DNA from: an uncultured candidatus Porisulfidus sp.
Lineage (GTDB): Bacteria; Pseudomonadota; Gammaproteobacteria; Poriferisulfidales; Poriferisulfidaceae
Reading direction: 5' to 3'
Length of the DNA: 64,000 nucleotides
Assembly: GCA_965204575.1 (NCBI GenBank)
Contig: OZ241993.1
Coordinates: forward strand, 288,001 to 352,000
Position 1 is the first letter of the stretch. The number at the start of each line of letters is the position of its first letter. Below, one piece after another: positions 50,176 through 59,464 of the stretch. The notes beneath the pieces are model-generated. The model worked only from the letters and a program-made list of their open reading frames with translations, was not told the DNA's origin and made no database searches. Both the position numbers and the translations under genes were made by a program.

Positions 50176-50529
50176 TCATTTGGCGTTCAGGCATTCCACT
50201 TCCACCATCATCTGTTTCGACATCGGCATGCCGGAACCTGCGGTGTCGCTTTCCATCAGTTCGCTGGAAGACGGGCCGTACGGGATGAAGATCATCCCGT
50301 CTGGAAGATCCTCATCTTTGCGCGGCTTCCCGCATTCGACTTCCACCTTGCCGGTGGCACAGGACAGGCGTACTCGGTCTCCGGCGGAAAGGCCCAATTT
50401 ACGCATGGTGCTCTCGTTCATCTCGATGGTCGAGGTGACGGTCTGGTACTCTTCCTTGAGTTTCCCGGCATTCAGGGAGGTTCCCTGCTTGCTTGATCGC
50501 CCGGGTATCAGAATCATCTGTTCGGCCAC
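50176..50529 (-). CDS. fwdD: formylmethanofuran dehydrogenase subunit D (molybdopterin-dinucleotide-binding)
   Basis: LIPGRSSKQG...K..EEY, LGLSAGDRVRL, GMIFIPYGP and TAGSGMP..K motifs. Confidence 0.88.
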   Translation of the reverse strand: MAEQMILIPGRSSKQGTSLNAGKLKEEYQTVTSTIEMNESTMRKLGLSAGDRVRLSCATGKVEVECGKPRKDEDLPDGMIFIPYGPSSSELMESDTAGSGMPMSKQMMVEVECLNAK

Positions 50530-50565
50530 TGGCGTATCCTGCCGTGGTTTTTATAGGGAAAGAGG

Positions 50566-50571
50566 ATTATA
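50566..50571 (-). promoter_or_regulatory. -10 box of the fwd operon
   Basis: Minus-strand TATAAT 37 nt upstream of the fwdD GTG; no clear -35. Confidence 0.45.
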
Positions 50572-50703
50572 CCTTAGGGCTTCCGGGCCGGAATGCGCCG
50601 TATCCCGCTTTCCAGGCAGGCCATCCGCCATCAGCGGGGCCGGCGGGCGGTACCCCGCGCCCCGACCGGAACCTGCCTCGTTTTCCTGCCGCGGGGCTCC
50701 GCC

Positions 50704-53700
50704 CTACCAGCGGGAGCTCGACCGCAGCAGCACCGCGTGCTCCGGGGACCCGTCGATGTCCGTCCGGCGCACCATGTCGAGATGCGCCTCGAAGCCCGAA
50801 TCGTCCGGCACCGCCGACGTCAGACGCCAGCCGACCCGGTATTCCCGCATCCCGTCGACCACGCCCACGCCCGCGTTCGGCGTCCCGGTCAGGCCCCCCG
50901 GCATCGCCAGCCCGTAGCCGGCCTCGGCCCGCAGGCCCCGCGACGCCTCGAACTCCGCGCCCCCCGGCGCAACACCGCGCACGTCCCGCGCGCCCCACAG
51001 GCGCTCCGACGCGCTCGACGACGCCCCCAGCGTCGGCTGCAGCGAAAACGCCATCCCCCGACCCTGGGAGCCCGGATCCAGGCGCACCGCCGCGCTCGCA
51101 CCCCATTCCTCGTAGTCCGAGTCCGCATGCACCACCAGCATCCGCGCCTTCGCCTCCACGCTCAGCCCCGACCCCGGGTCCGCATAACTCATCCCCCCCC
51201 CCAACTCCACGCCGGTGCCGCTCTCCGCGTCGCCCCCGTCGTGCCGCAGGCCCAGCTCCAGCGACGGACGCAACGTCGCGCCCGAATCGAACTCCAGCGT
51301 CCGCGCCCCCTCCAGCGCCAGCCGCATCCGCAGGCTCTCCGCCTCCGTGTCCGACTCCCCCGACACCGCGTCCCAGCGGATGTGCGTGAAAAACGCGTCC
51401 GCCTTCAGCGCCAGGTCCAGGCCTCCGGACGCCCCGGCCTCCCGCAGCAGCCCGCGTGCGCCCAGCGCACCCAGCCGCATCGAAAGCCCGCTCCGGCTCA
51501 CCGACTGCACCCGGCCCAGCTCGACCCGCGCATCCTGGCGGATCCGCATCGAACCCACGCCCCAGCCGACCAGCGCCCAGGCTTCCACCTTCTCGCCCAG
51601 CTGCACGCGCGCGTAGGGACTCACCGTGGTCATCGTGCTCTCCATCTCTCCGGAGTCCACCCCCGGAACCGCGAAGCCGCCGCCGCCGTCGCTCCGGCTC
51701 AGCGCCACCCCCGCCAGCAGATGCGTCCACTGCGCGTCCGCCCCGAACACCCCGGTCACCACCTCGCCGTCCAGGCGCAACCGCCCGGCGTCTCCCGCCG
51801 CGCCGTCGAAGTTCCCGTCATGCGCCACCCGGCCCCAAGCCGAAAGCCCCGGGCCGCGACCGTCGCGCGGCACCGAGACATGGAACGCGCTCCCCCGCAA
51901 CAAATCCCGCGCCGACAGGCGCGATGCGCCCGACTGCGCCAGCCCGGCCAGCGCCGAACCCAGTTCCGCGCTCCCCGGCGACAGCGACTGCCCCGCCACC
52001 GTCACGTGCGCCCCCGGCGCCAGGCCCTCGAAGCGCTTCGACACCACCTCCGTCAACTGGCCCGCCACCGTGCGCCCGAAGCGCGACAGCCACGCCTTCT
52101 GCAGCGGGTCCTCGTTCACAATCAGGCCGGTCGCGCGCGCGTCCGCGATGCGCGCCCCCACCGCGTTCGACAGCGTCAGCGAAAACCGCTCCCGGCCCTC
52201 GTCCACCGCGTCGTCCAGGATCGACACCGATACCGTCTTCTCCGTCTCCCCCGGCGCGAAGCGAAGCGCCCCGCGCGCCGCCGCGTAGTCCGACCCCGCC
52301 GACGCCGTGCCGTCCGCCGTCGCGTAGTCCACCGTCACCGCCTCGGGCAACGCCCGGTTCAGCACCACCGAGAACGACACCGCCGCGTCGCGGCCTTCCC
52401 GCGCGCGACCGCCCTTCAGCTTCAGCTTCGCCGGCCCCGGCACCGACACGCTCACCGTGTTCGACAGCGACCGCCCCCCGGCCGTGCACACCGCGCCCGC
52501 CGTGCCGCAGTCGCGTCCGCCCGCCAGCGTCACCTCCACCTGCCGCTTCCAGTTGCGCGGCGCGACCTGCACCTGCCACAGCCCCGGCTCCACCGGATTC
52601 ACCGACTTCACCCGGCCCTTCGACACCGCGAAGGACGCCGCCTCCAGCACCGTCTCCAGCGGCTCGCCGAAACGCACCCGCAGCGAGAACGCCGTGCCGT
52701 CGTGCTCCTCCGGCACCGCCTCGAACGACGCCTCCAGCGCGCCGCCCTGGGCCGCCTCCGGCTCCGGGGGAGGCGTCCGGGTCACGACCTGCTCTTCTGT
52801 CGGCTCCGGCTCCGGCTCCGGCACTGCCACCGGCTCCGGCGCCTCGGTCACGTCGATGCGGTAGGTCGTCATGCCGCCCGCACCGCTCGCCATCACCCAC
52901 AACTCGGTCGCGCCGCCGTCCGGCGCGAGGCCCAGCGCCACCGCCGTCCCCGAGGGCCGCACCCGCACCGGGCGCGTGTAGCTCGCCGCGCCCCGGCGCG
53001 AGCCCGCGAACACGCTCGACTCGCCGCCCCAGCGCGGCGCCAGCGTCACCCCCGTCGTCCCCGCCGGCACCGACGCCCGGTACGACGTCACCCCCGGCGC
53101 AAACGCCGGGCTCAGCGCCACCGCCGACGAACCGGCCGACAGCGCGAGCCCGCACAGCGGCCCCGCCGACGACGCGCACGACAGGGCCGCCTCGACCGAC
53201 GCGTCCGGCGCCGCCGACGCCACGACCTTCGCCTCCGAGGTGTTCGACAGCACCCGCCCGTCCGGCGAGCACACCGCCCCGTCCGCGTCGCAGTCCCGAC
53301 CGCCCGCCAGCGTCACCGATACCGCCTTCTCCGCCGAGGCCGGCGCGATCCGCACCTGCCACAGCCCCGCATCGGTCTGCTCCACCGCCTCCACCCGGCC
53401 CTGCGACACCGTGAACGCCTCCGCCCGGAGCGTGCGGCTGTAACTCGTCCCCAGCACCTCGCTGAGGCGCACCCGGAACGCGAACGCCCCGCCGTCGTGC
53501 TCCTCCGGCACCGCCTCGAACGACGCCGTCAGCGCGTCGCCCTCGACCTCCGGCAGCGGCTCCTCGCCGCCCCGGTACGTATTCGTCTGCGGAACGCTCG
53601 ACGCCATCGTCCGGGCCCGGGATAGCGCCCAAGCTTCGTCGATAATCGTTATCGTCGTCGACGCGGCGGCCCCCACGCTGTAGAGCGGGTAGATGTCTCC

Positions 53701-54711
53701 AGGGTTTTTCACGTGGGCCAGGGTGAGGACGACGGTCTCGTCACTCTCCCTTTGCCGGGCATCTACTGTGGGGGTCAGGGTGAACCCCACCTCCGACACG
53801 CCGTTCGGCAACTTCAGGAAGTACTCGGTGCCTTCCTTCACCAGTCCCCCGATCCTGGCTATGAGGGCAGTGCTACCGCCGACTTCACCGAGTAAATAAT
53901 CATAATTGGGGCTGAGGGTGTAGTCGCTGGCGGTGGCCGTGCCGCCGATGCCGAGCTTGACGCGGGCCGATCTGGGCAGCGGCGGATTGATCGTCACCTT
54001 CACTCTCGCGGCGGGGGGGAACGGGGGGCCGTTCTTGACTCCCTCCTGGATCCGGCCATCCGGAATCCGCGGCCGGGTCTTTAGCGACGGATTCACCATG
54101 TCGCCGAACTGCACGACGCTACCCCCCTGGTACGCGACCGCGTTGGGACAGCTGGCGCGGATGCTCAGGGCCACGGTCTGGCCGCGCCGCCACCCCAGGT
54201 GCGCGAACCCGAAGATGGCGGAATTGCGACCGCCGTACTGCACCGCATCCCTGAACGCCAGCGCCCGGCTCCCGACGCACAGGCTCAGATCATCCAGCGC
54301 GGTCGTCACGTCACGGTTGAAGTTCATCGCGAAGTAGCCGTTGAGCGGGTTGTACCGGATCGCCAGGATCGTATAGGTGACCCCGCCGTGCACGAAGTCG
54401 TCGTCCGACAGCACGCTCGTGCTCGCGCAGTTCTCGTCGGCCTCCGGGACGAACGGGGAACTACTACTGCTAGAAACAGTAGGGTCGGTATATCTAGTGC
54501 TGCAGGCCGAGGCGGAGTCCTTGGTGTTCACCGACACCGTCAGATTCGCCGTCCAGACCTGCGACCAGGCCGGGGCGCCCGGCAGCAGCAGCGCGCCGAA
54601 CAGCGCGGGCAACAGCAGCAGGCGACCGGAAAGGCGCGGCCTCCGGGACGACGGCCCCGTCATGGCCGATTCCGTTTCGGGGGGGGGGGGGGGGCTTGAA
54701 ATCTGGCTCAT
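50704..54711 (-). CDS. autotransporter adhesin with cadherin-like and Calx-beta domains
   Basis: ATG 54711 preceded by AGGAG; signal peptide ending PAWS; cadherin-like (LSPAFAPGVTSYRASV...TTYRIDVT); Calx-beta (VTVDYATADGTASAGSDY...ILDDAVDEGRERFSLTLSN); C-terminal barrel (AWLSRFGRTV, ELGLRHDGGDAE) ending in Trp. Confidence 0.85.
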   Translation of the reverse strand: MSQISSPPPPPETESAMTGPSSRRPRLSGRLLLLPALFGALLLPGAPAWSQVWTANLTVSVNTKDSASACSTRYTDPTVSSSSSSPFVPEADENCASTSVLSDDDFVHGGVTYTILAIRYNPLNGYFAMNFNRDVTTALDDLSLCVGSRALAFRDAVQYGGRNSAIFGFAHLGWRRGQTVALSIRASCPNAVAYQGGSVVQFGDMVNPSLKTRPRIPDGRIQEGVKNGPPFPPAARVKVTINPPLPRSARVKLGIGGTATASDYTLSPNYDYLLGEVGGSTALIARIGGLVKEGTEYFLKLPNGVSEVGFTLTPTVDARQRESDETVVLTLAHVKNPGDIYPLYSVGAAASTTITIIDEAWALSRARTMASSVPQTNTYRGGEEPLPEVEGDALTASFEAVPEEHDGGAFAFRVRLSEVLGTSYSRTLRAEAFTVSQGRVEAVEQTDAGLWQVRIAPASAEKAVSVTLAGGRDCDADGAVCSPDGRVLSNTSEAKVVASAAPDASVEAALSCASSAGPLCGLALSAGSSAVALSPAFAPGVTSYRASVPAGTTGVTLAPRWGGESSVFAGSRRGAASYTRPVRVRPSGTAVALGLAPDGGATELWVMASGAGGMTTYRIDVTEAPEPVAVPEPEPEPTEEQVVTRTPPPEPEAAQGGALEASFEAVPEEHDGTAFSLRVRFGEPLETVLEAASFAVSKGRVKSVNPVEPGLWQVQVAPRNWKRQVEVTLAGGRDCGTAGAVCTAGGRSLSNTVSVSVPGPAKLKLKGGRAREGRDAAVSFSVVLNRALPEAVTVDYATADGTASAGSDYAAARGALRFAPGETEKTVSVSILDDAVDEGRERFSLTLSNAVGARIADARATGLIVNEDPLQKAWLSRFGRTVAGQLTEVVSKRFEGLAPGAHVTVAGQSLSPGSAELGSALAGLAQSGASRLSARDLLRGSAFHVSVPRDGRGPGLSAWGRVAHDGNFDGAAGDAGRLRLDGEVVTGVFGADAQWTHLLAGVALSRSDGGGGFAVPGVDSGEMESTMTTVSPYARVQLGEKVEAWALVGWGVGSMRIRQDARVELGRVQSVSRSGLSMRLGALGARGLLREAGASGGLDLALKADAFFTHIRWDAVSGESDTEAESLRMRLALEGARTLEFDSGATLRPSLELGLRHDGGDAESGTGVELGGGMSYADPGSGLSVEAKARMLVVHADSDYEEWGASAAVRLDPGSQGRGMAFSLQPTLGASSSASERLWGARDVRGVAPGGAEFEASRGLRAEAGYGLAMPGGLTGTPNAGVGVVDGMREYRVGWRLTSAVPDDSGFEAHLDMVRRTDIDGSPEHAVLLRSSSRW
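52445..53536 (-). repeat. two copies of a ~100-aa Cys-pair domain within the autotransporter
   Basis: ASFEAVPEEHDG...LWQV..AP...VTLAGGRDC..AGAVC..GR.LSNT occurs twice; identical nt stretch gccgtcgtgctcctccggcaccgcctcgaacgacgcc near 52696 and 53491. Confidence 0.85.
54679..54694 (-). repeat. C16 homopolymer (G16 on +) in the first codons of the autotransporter
   Basis: 16 consecutive G on the + strand, encoding S-PPPPP at codons 6-11. Confidence 0.88.
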
Positions 54712-54852
54712 TGCGATGTCTCCTGGTCTCAGGTGCTTTGGAATCACTCGAGCGGGACGCGCCCGCGATACCAGATTAGATTGGTTTTTCACGGGCCGCA
54801 TCGCCAAAGCGGCTCTACTGTAGAGTCTATCACAAGTTGATGGACCGTTTAT

Positions 54853-56116
54853 CCCCGATCTCCGAGCTAACGCGATTTTGCAGGATTTTTGCCTGCCGCG
54901 GAGTGACGGCAAGAGGTTTTCAAGCGAGTGATGGCCGTTGCGGGGTGATTTCGCGCTTGACAGCGAAGGGTCCGCCCGGTTTTCGAGTTTTCGGCAGCTT
55001 GTCGCGCAGGGCTCCGCTCGCCGCTCAGGCGGCCCGTGCCAGGGTCGCAGCCGAACCGGTCGTCACGAAGTGTCGTAGGCCAGGAACCCGGCCATTCGGT
55101 CCAGCGCCTGCCGGACCCGCTGCACATGAGCCGTCTGGAACACCAGCCGCCGGTTGCGGGCATGCCGCACCACCTTGGCCACCAGGTGGACCCAGCACAG
55201 GCGCACCTGCTTCATCCGGGTCCACAGCCAGTCGCGTCCGAACGCGGCATGCCGCAGCAGCGCGTTGACGTTGGCCGACAGCACCGCCAGCTGCCACCAG
55301 GCGGCGTTCGCCCCGAACTTCCCCGACGGCATCATGCCGCCGGCCAGGTCCTGCTTGAGCACGGCGTGCACCTCTTCGCCATGCCCGCAGCGCTCGTGCG
55401 CGAAGCGCACCACCTCCGAGGCGGTCATCCCCAGGCCCGCCCCCTCCCCGGAGCGCCCCGGATACGGCAGGTTGGTCAGATAGACCCGGTAGCGGTACGC
55501 CGGACGCCCGGACCTCGCCGGCGTCTCGTCCGGGTTCACCCCCAACACGCCAGGCAAGACACGCCGGGTGCCGACATGGTGCAGCAGCTGCCCCCGCGAC
55601 TGCCGCGCGCCCCACGGCGAGACATAATCCAGGTCGGCGCATTCCAGTTCCGGCTCCGAGGCTCGCACCGGCTCCCACCACGACGCCGGCGCCACCCCCA
55701 GAAGCTCCGGCTCGTAGTCGCGCACCAGCCGGCACAGGCTGCGGTCCGCCTCCAGCGCGTCCACGTCCGAGACCCGCTCGTGACCGATCACGTTGAGCAG
55801 CAGCACGGTCAGCATCATCTGCCCGTCGCGCCAGCCCTGCGCCCCGGCCACCTGCACCGGAAGGGTCCGAAACGCCCCGCTGCGGCGCAGCAGCTCCAGC
55901 CACAGGACGGCCCCGCCACAGGCGCTGGTTCGACTCAGATTGGGGTCGCCCCCGATGGCGACCAAAGAGGAAAAATCAGACATATAATGAGACTCCCGGT
56001 TGGTTGTTTCCGGTTCACCCAATGGGTGAAACTTTTGCACCACCGATTTTAACCGTTTCACTCGGTTAAATAAGCACCAACCGGGACCCCACTCTCATTT
56101 AGCTCGGAGATCGGGG
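54853..56116 (-). mobile_element. IS1380-like insertion sequence, internally deleted (1264 bp)
   Basis: Perfect 18-bp TIRs CCCCGATCTCCGAGCTAA (54853-54870) and TTAGCTCGGAGATCGGGG (56099-56116); 5-bp direct repeat TTTAT on both flanks (54848-54852, 56117-56121); transposase ORF inside. Confidence 0.9.
55063..56061 (-). pseudogene. IS1380-like DDE transposase, shortened
   Basis: C-terminal YLTNL...VVRFAHERCGHGEEVHAVLKQDL...PSGKFGANAAWWQLAVLSAN signature; 332 aa with no recognisable central acidic motifs. Confidence 0.7.
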
Positions 56117-56244
56117 TTTATGAACGGGTTCGCGGGAGGATTGATCCCGCACGCCCGGGCCCGCCCAAAGCGGCCCGAATTCGCCCCTCCCCTGGAAGCG
56201 CGCCGGATTGCCATGCGCGGCAAGCGTCGGTCCCTCCCCGCATC

Positions 56245-56724
56245 TCAAGGCCGGTCCAGGTACTTGAAAACTCCGTATCCCGCCCTGCCGTTGGCCTCGT
56301 CCACCACGTACTCGACAGGAACGATTTGCAGTCCCTCCCATTTCGTGTATTCGGCGAAATGCAGGGTTTTAGCCAGAAAGATGCCGACGGCAATATCGCG
56401 AACCTCTCCCCGGGGCTCCCTCGCTTGAAAATAACAGTCGTATCCCGATGTGAACGTGGAATCCGATGGTTGGAAAATATTTGAAAGGTGCATCAGGACA
56501 TCTGATTTCTTTTCGATCTTTACGGAGGATTCCCGGTAATCCATCGCATGGTTCCTGGAATATTTCCGGGCGAAATTCTCGCAATACCCCAACACGGTTA
56601 AACGGCTTCGCGAATCGACGGATTTTTCCTTTTCGGCCCACACGATGCCCCCGCCGCCGATCCCGTAACCCGCAAGGAGAAGAATCAGGAAGCAACGGTT
56701 CAAACAGGTCTTTCTCATCGGCAT
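56245..56724 (-). CDS. hypothetical exported protein
   Basis: Signal-peptide-like MRKTCLNRCFLILLLAGYGIGGGGIVWA; globular composition; no family recognised. Confidence 0.65.
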   Translation of the reverse strand: MPMRKTCLNRCFLILLLAGYGIGGGGIVWAEKEKSVDSRSRLTVLGYCENFARKYSRNHAMDYRESSVKIEKKSDVLMHLSNIFQPSDSTFTSGYDCYFQAREPRGEVRDIAVGIFLAKTLHFAEYTKWEGLQIVPVEYVVDEANGRAGYGVFKYLDRP

Positions 56725-56801
56725 CGGACACCCTGCTGGTTCAACGGTTTTGCCGACTCGGCACAGCAACAGCCCTCAAGGGCACACCACCGACCCGTGC
56801 A

Positions 56802-57974
56802 TCAGCGATCGAGCGGCGTGGCATGGCGTACCGCGAACCAGCCGATCAGCATGCCGGTCAAGGCGATGGCGGCGGCGGCATGGAACGTCGCGGTCGAACC
56901 CAGGTCGTCCCAGACCAAGCCGCTCAACAAGCTGCCAAGCGCAGCGCCCACGCCGAAATTGAGTGACGAATACAGTGCCTGGCCCCGGCTTTGCAGCCGC
57001 CCGGGGAACAATCGGTGAATCAACTGCACCGACACGGCATGGTAAAGCCCGTAGGTCGCCGCATGCAGGAACTGGGTGGCCAGAATCACGACCCAAAACT
57101 CCGGGAAATTCCCCAACACGACCCAGCGAATGGCCGCGAGGGCAAAAGCCAGCGCGAACAGGTTGCGGGCAGGGTGATGTGCGAGATAACGGCTGAAGAA
57201 CAGGAATACCAGAATCTCTCCGAACACGCCCACCGACCACAGCACGGCCAGGCCCTGGATCGGGTAACCGTGCCCTTCCAGATAGATGGAGAAAAACGTA
57301 TAGAACGGCCCGTGGCTGAGTTGCATCAGGACGAATGCCGCCAAAAGCCCCAGCACGGCCGGATGGCGCAACAGGTTGGCCAAGTTGATGTGCGCCGGGT
57401 GACTTCGCTTCTGCGGCCGGCTCGTCAGCGTCAGGGTGGTCAGCCACAGGCCGAAGTGGCAGATGAACAAACTCAGCGGAACCAGCCACCAGATATCGCC
57501 CTCGACACCGAACAATACCGTCGACAGCGTCAGGCAGGCGAAGACAAAGCCCATGGATCCCCACAGCCGGACCCGCGTGTAGGAATAGCGCCGGTCGGTC
57601 TGGTGCTCGAGGTGGGTCAGCGTAAGGCCTTCGACCAGGGGCAGCGAGGCATACCAGAAGAAGCTGAACAGCATCAGCAACGGGATCATTCCGTAAAAAC
57701 TGGTCACCCATTGCAGGCCCAGCGTTCCCGCCGCGCCCCCCAATGCAGCCAGCTGGATCAGCCAAATCCGCCGTTCCGTGCGATCCGCCAGCCAGCCCCA
57801 GAGATTCGGCGCGACAATGCCGAGCGCCATCACCACCGCCACCAGTTGCCCGATTTCAACCGCGCTGAAGCCGAGGAACTTCAGATACAGCGGCCAAAAC
57901 GGCAGGAAAACGCCCAAGGAGGCGAAATAGAAAAAATAAAAGCCGGAAAACCGGGCAAACAGGAGAGGGGTCAC
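56802..57974 (-). CDS. MFS transporter (HcaT/MFS_1-like)
   Basis: FYFFYFASLGVFLPFW, WGWLADR, YTRVRLWGSMGF and GQALYSS motifs. Confidence 0.88.
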   Translation of the reverse strand: MTPLLFARFSGFYFFYFASLGVFLPFWPLYLKFLGFSAVEIGQLVAVVMALGIVAPNLWGWLADRTERRIWLIQLAALGGAAGTLGLQWVTSFYGMIPLLMLFSFFWYASLPLVEGLTLTHLEHQTDRRYSYTRVRLWGSMGFVFACLTLSTVLFGVEGDIWWLVPLSLFICHFGLWLTTLTLTSRPQKRSHPAHINLANLLRHPAVLGLLAAFVLMQLSHGPFYTFFSIYLEGHGYPIQGLAVLWSVGVFGEILVFLFFSRYLAHHPARNLFALAFALAAIRWVVLGNFPEFWVVILATQFLHAATYGLYHAVSVQLIHRLFPGRLQSRGQALYSSLNFGVGAALGSLLSGLVWDDLGSTATFHAAAAIALTGMLIGWFAVRHATPLDR

Positions 57975-57985
57975 GTGCCGCAGGC

Positions 57986-59065
57986 CTAGGGGGCATCAAC
58001 CTCCACGTCTCCACACTGGGCTCGATGACGCAGGGCCTGATCCATCAGGGTCAGGGCCAGCATGGCCTCGGCAATCGGTACGGCACGCAACCCGACGCAG
58101 GGATCATGGCGCCCCTTGGTCACCACCTCGGTCGCTTCTCCCTGCCGATCGATCGTGCGCCCGGGAATCCGGATGCTCGAGGTGGGCTTGAAAGCCAAGG
58201 CGACCCTCAGATCCTGGCCGGAACTCAGCCCCCCCAGGGTCCCGCCCGAGTGATTGGACAGGAAACCTTCCGGCGTGATCTCGTCACGGTGCTCGCTTCC
58301 GCGCTGTTCGACGACGGCGAAACCATCGCCGATTTCCACCGCCTTGACCGCGTTGATGCTCATCATCGCCTGGGCCACCATGGCATCCAGTCGTTCAAAG
58401 ACCGGCTCTCCCCAGCCGACCGGCAGGCCCGTCGCCTCCACTTCCACCCGGGCTCCGACCGAGTCGCCCGCCTTGCGCAACTCGTCCATGAAGCTCTCCA
58501 GCCCGGCAAGCTTGCCGGGCTCCGGGAAGAAGAACGGGTTGGCCTCGACCGCCTCCCACTCCGTCGTCTCGGCACGAATCGGGCCGACCTGCCGCACGCA
58601 TCCGCGGATCGTGACACCGCAGCGCTCGCGCAGCCATTTCCGGGCCACCGCCCCGGCAGCCACCCGGGTCGCCGTCTCCCGGGCGGAAGCCCGCCCACCG
58701 CCGCAATAGTCGCGGATGCCGTACTTGCGCTGGTAGGTATAGTCCGCATGCCCCGGCCGGAACAGGTCGCGCAACTCCGAATAGTCCTTGGACCGGGCAT
58801 CCTGGTTCTCGATCAGCAGCGCGATGGGAGTCCCGGTCGTCTTGCCTTCGAAGACTCCGGACAGGATCTTTACCTGGTCCGGTTCCCGCCTCTGGCTGGT
58901 ATGGCGGGTCTGGCCGGGCCGGCGGCGGTCCAGGTCGTGCTGCAGGTCCGATTCCTGCAAGGCCAGTTGTGGCGGGCAACCATCGATGATGCAGCCGATG
59001 GCAGGGCCATGGCTTTCACCGAATGAAGTCACGGCAAACAAGGTGCCGAAAGTGTTGCCTGCCAT
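57986..59065 (-). CDS. aroC: chorismate synthase
   Basis: [32 protein letters not shown] and GRHDPC motifs. Confidence 0.98.
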   Translation of the reverse strand: MAGNTFGTLFAVTSFGESHGPAIGCIIDGCPPQLALQESDLQHDLDRRRPGQTRHTSQRREPDQVKILSGVFEGKTTGTPIALLIENQDARSKDYSELRDLFRPGHADYTYQRKYGIRDYCGGGRASARETATRVAAGAVARKWLRERCGVTIRGCVRQVGPIRAETTEWEAVEANPFFFPEPGKLAGLESFMDELRKAGDSVGARVEVEATGLPVGWGEPVFERLDAMVAQAMMSINAVKAVEIGDGFAVVEQRGSEHRDEITPEGFLSNHSGGTLGGLSSGQDLRVALAFKPTSSIRIPGRTIDRQGEATEVVTKGRHDPCVGLRAVPIAEAMLALTLMDQALRHRAQCGDVEVDAP

Positions 59066-59200
59066 GATGGCGTCGGATTGTACACTGCGCCTCCGCAGAC
59101 AGACAGAAAAGGGAATTCAGGAGGAAGTCTGAAACGGGTTTCTTGACATTCGACTTGAAATGTGATTAGTGTACTATGCGCACTCACAACGGAGATTGCT

Positions 59201-59455
59201 ATGACTGATACAAGCGCGGAACTGGAAAAAAATCGTGCGACTTACGAGTCGATGAAAGATGAATTAGAACGTAATCATCTTGGCCGTGTTGCGCTTTTTC
59301 ACGACGGCGAATTGGTCGACATATACAATGATGCGGAAGATGCTTATACAGCAGGCAAGTCAACGTACGGTCTAGGCCACTTCACCACTCAAACCATTGG
59401 GGAACCGCCCATTCATTTGGGGATCCTCACCCTTGGGATGAGTGCAAGAGTTTAA
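59201..59455 (+). CDS. small DUF5678-like protein
   Basis: N...YE.MK.EL...HLGRVALFHDGELVD.Y....DAY..G pattern; GGAG SD before ATG 59201. Confidence 0.6.
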   Translation: MTDTSAELEKNRATYESMKDELERNHLGRVALFHDGELVDIYNDAEDAYTAGKSTYGLGHFTTQTIGEPPIHLGILTLGMSARV

Positions 59456-59464
59456 ACAACACAC

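Noticed and set aside
50593-53625. 1010-aa plus-strand ORF and other Arg/Pro/Gly-rich ORFs over the autotransporter
   Set aside because: Low-complexity translations of very GC-rich DNA; the minus-strand frame has recognisable domains
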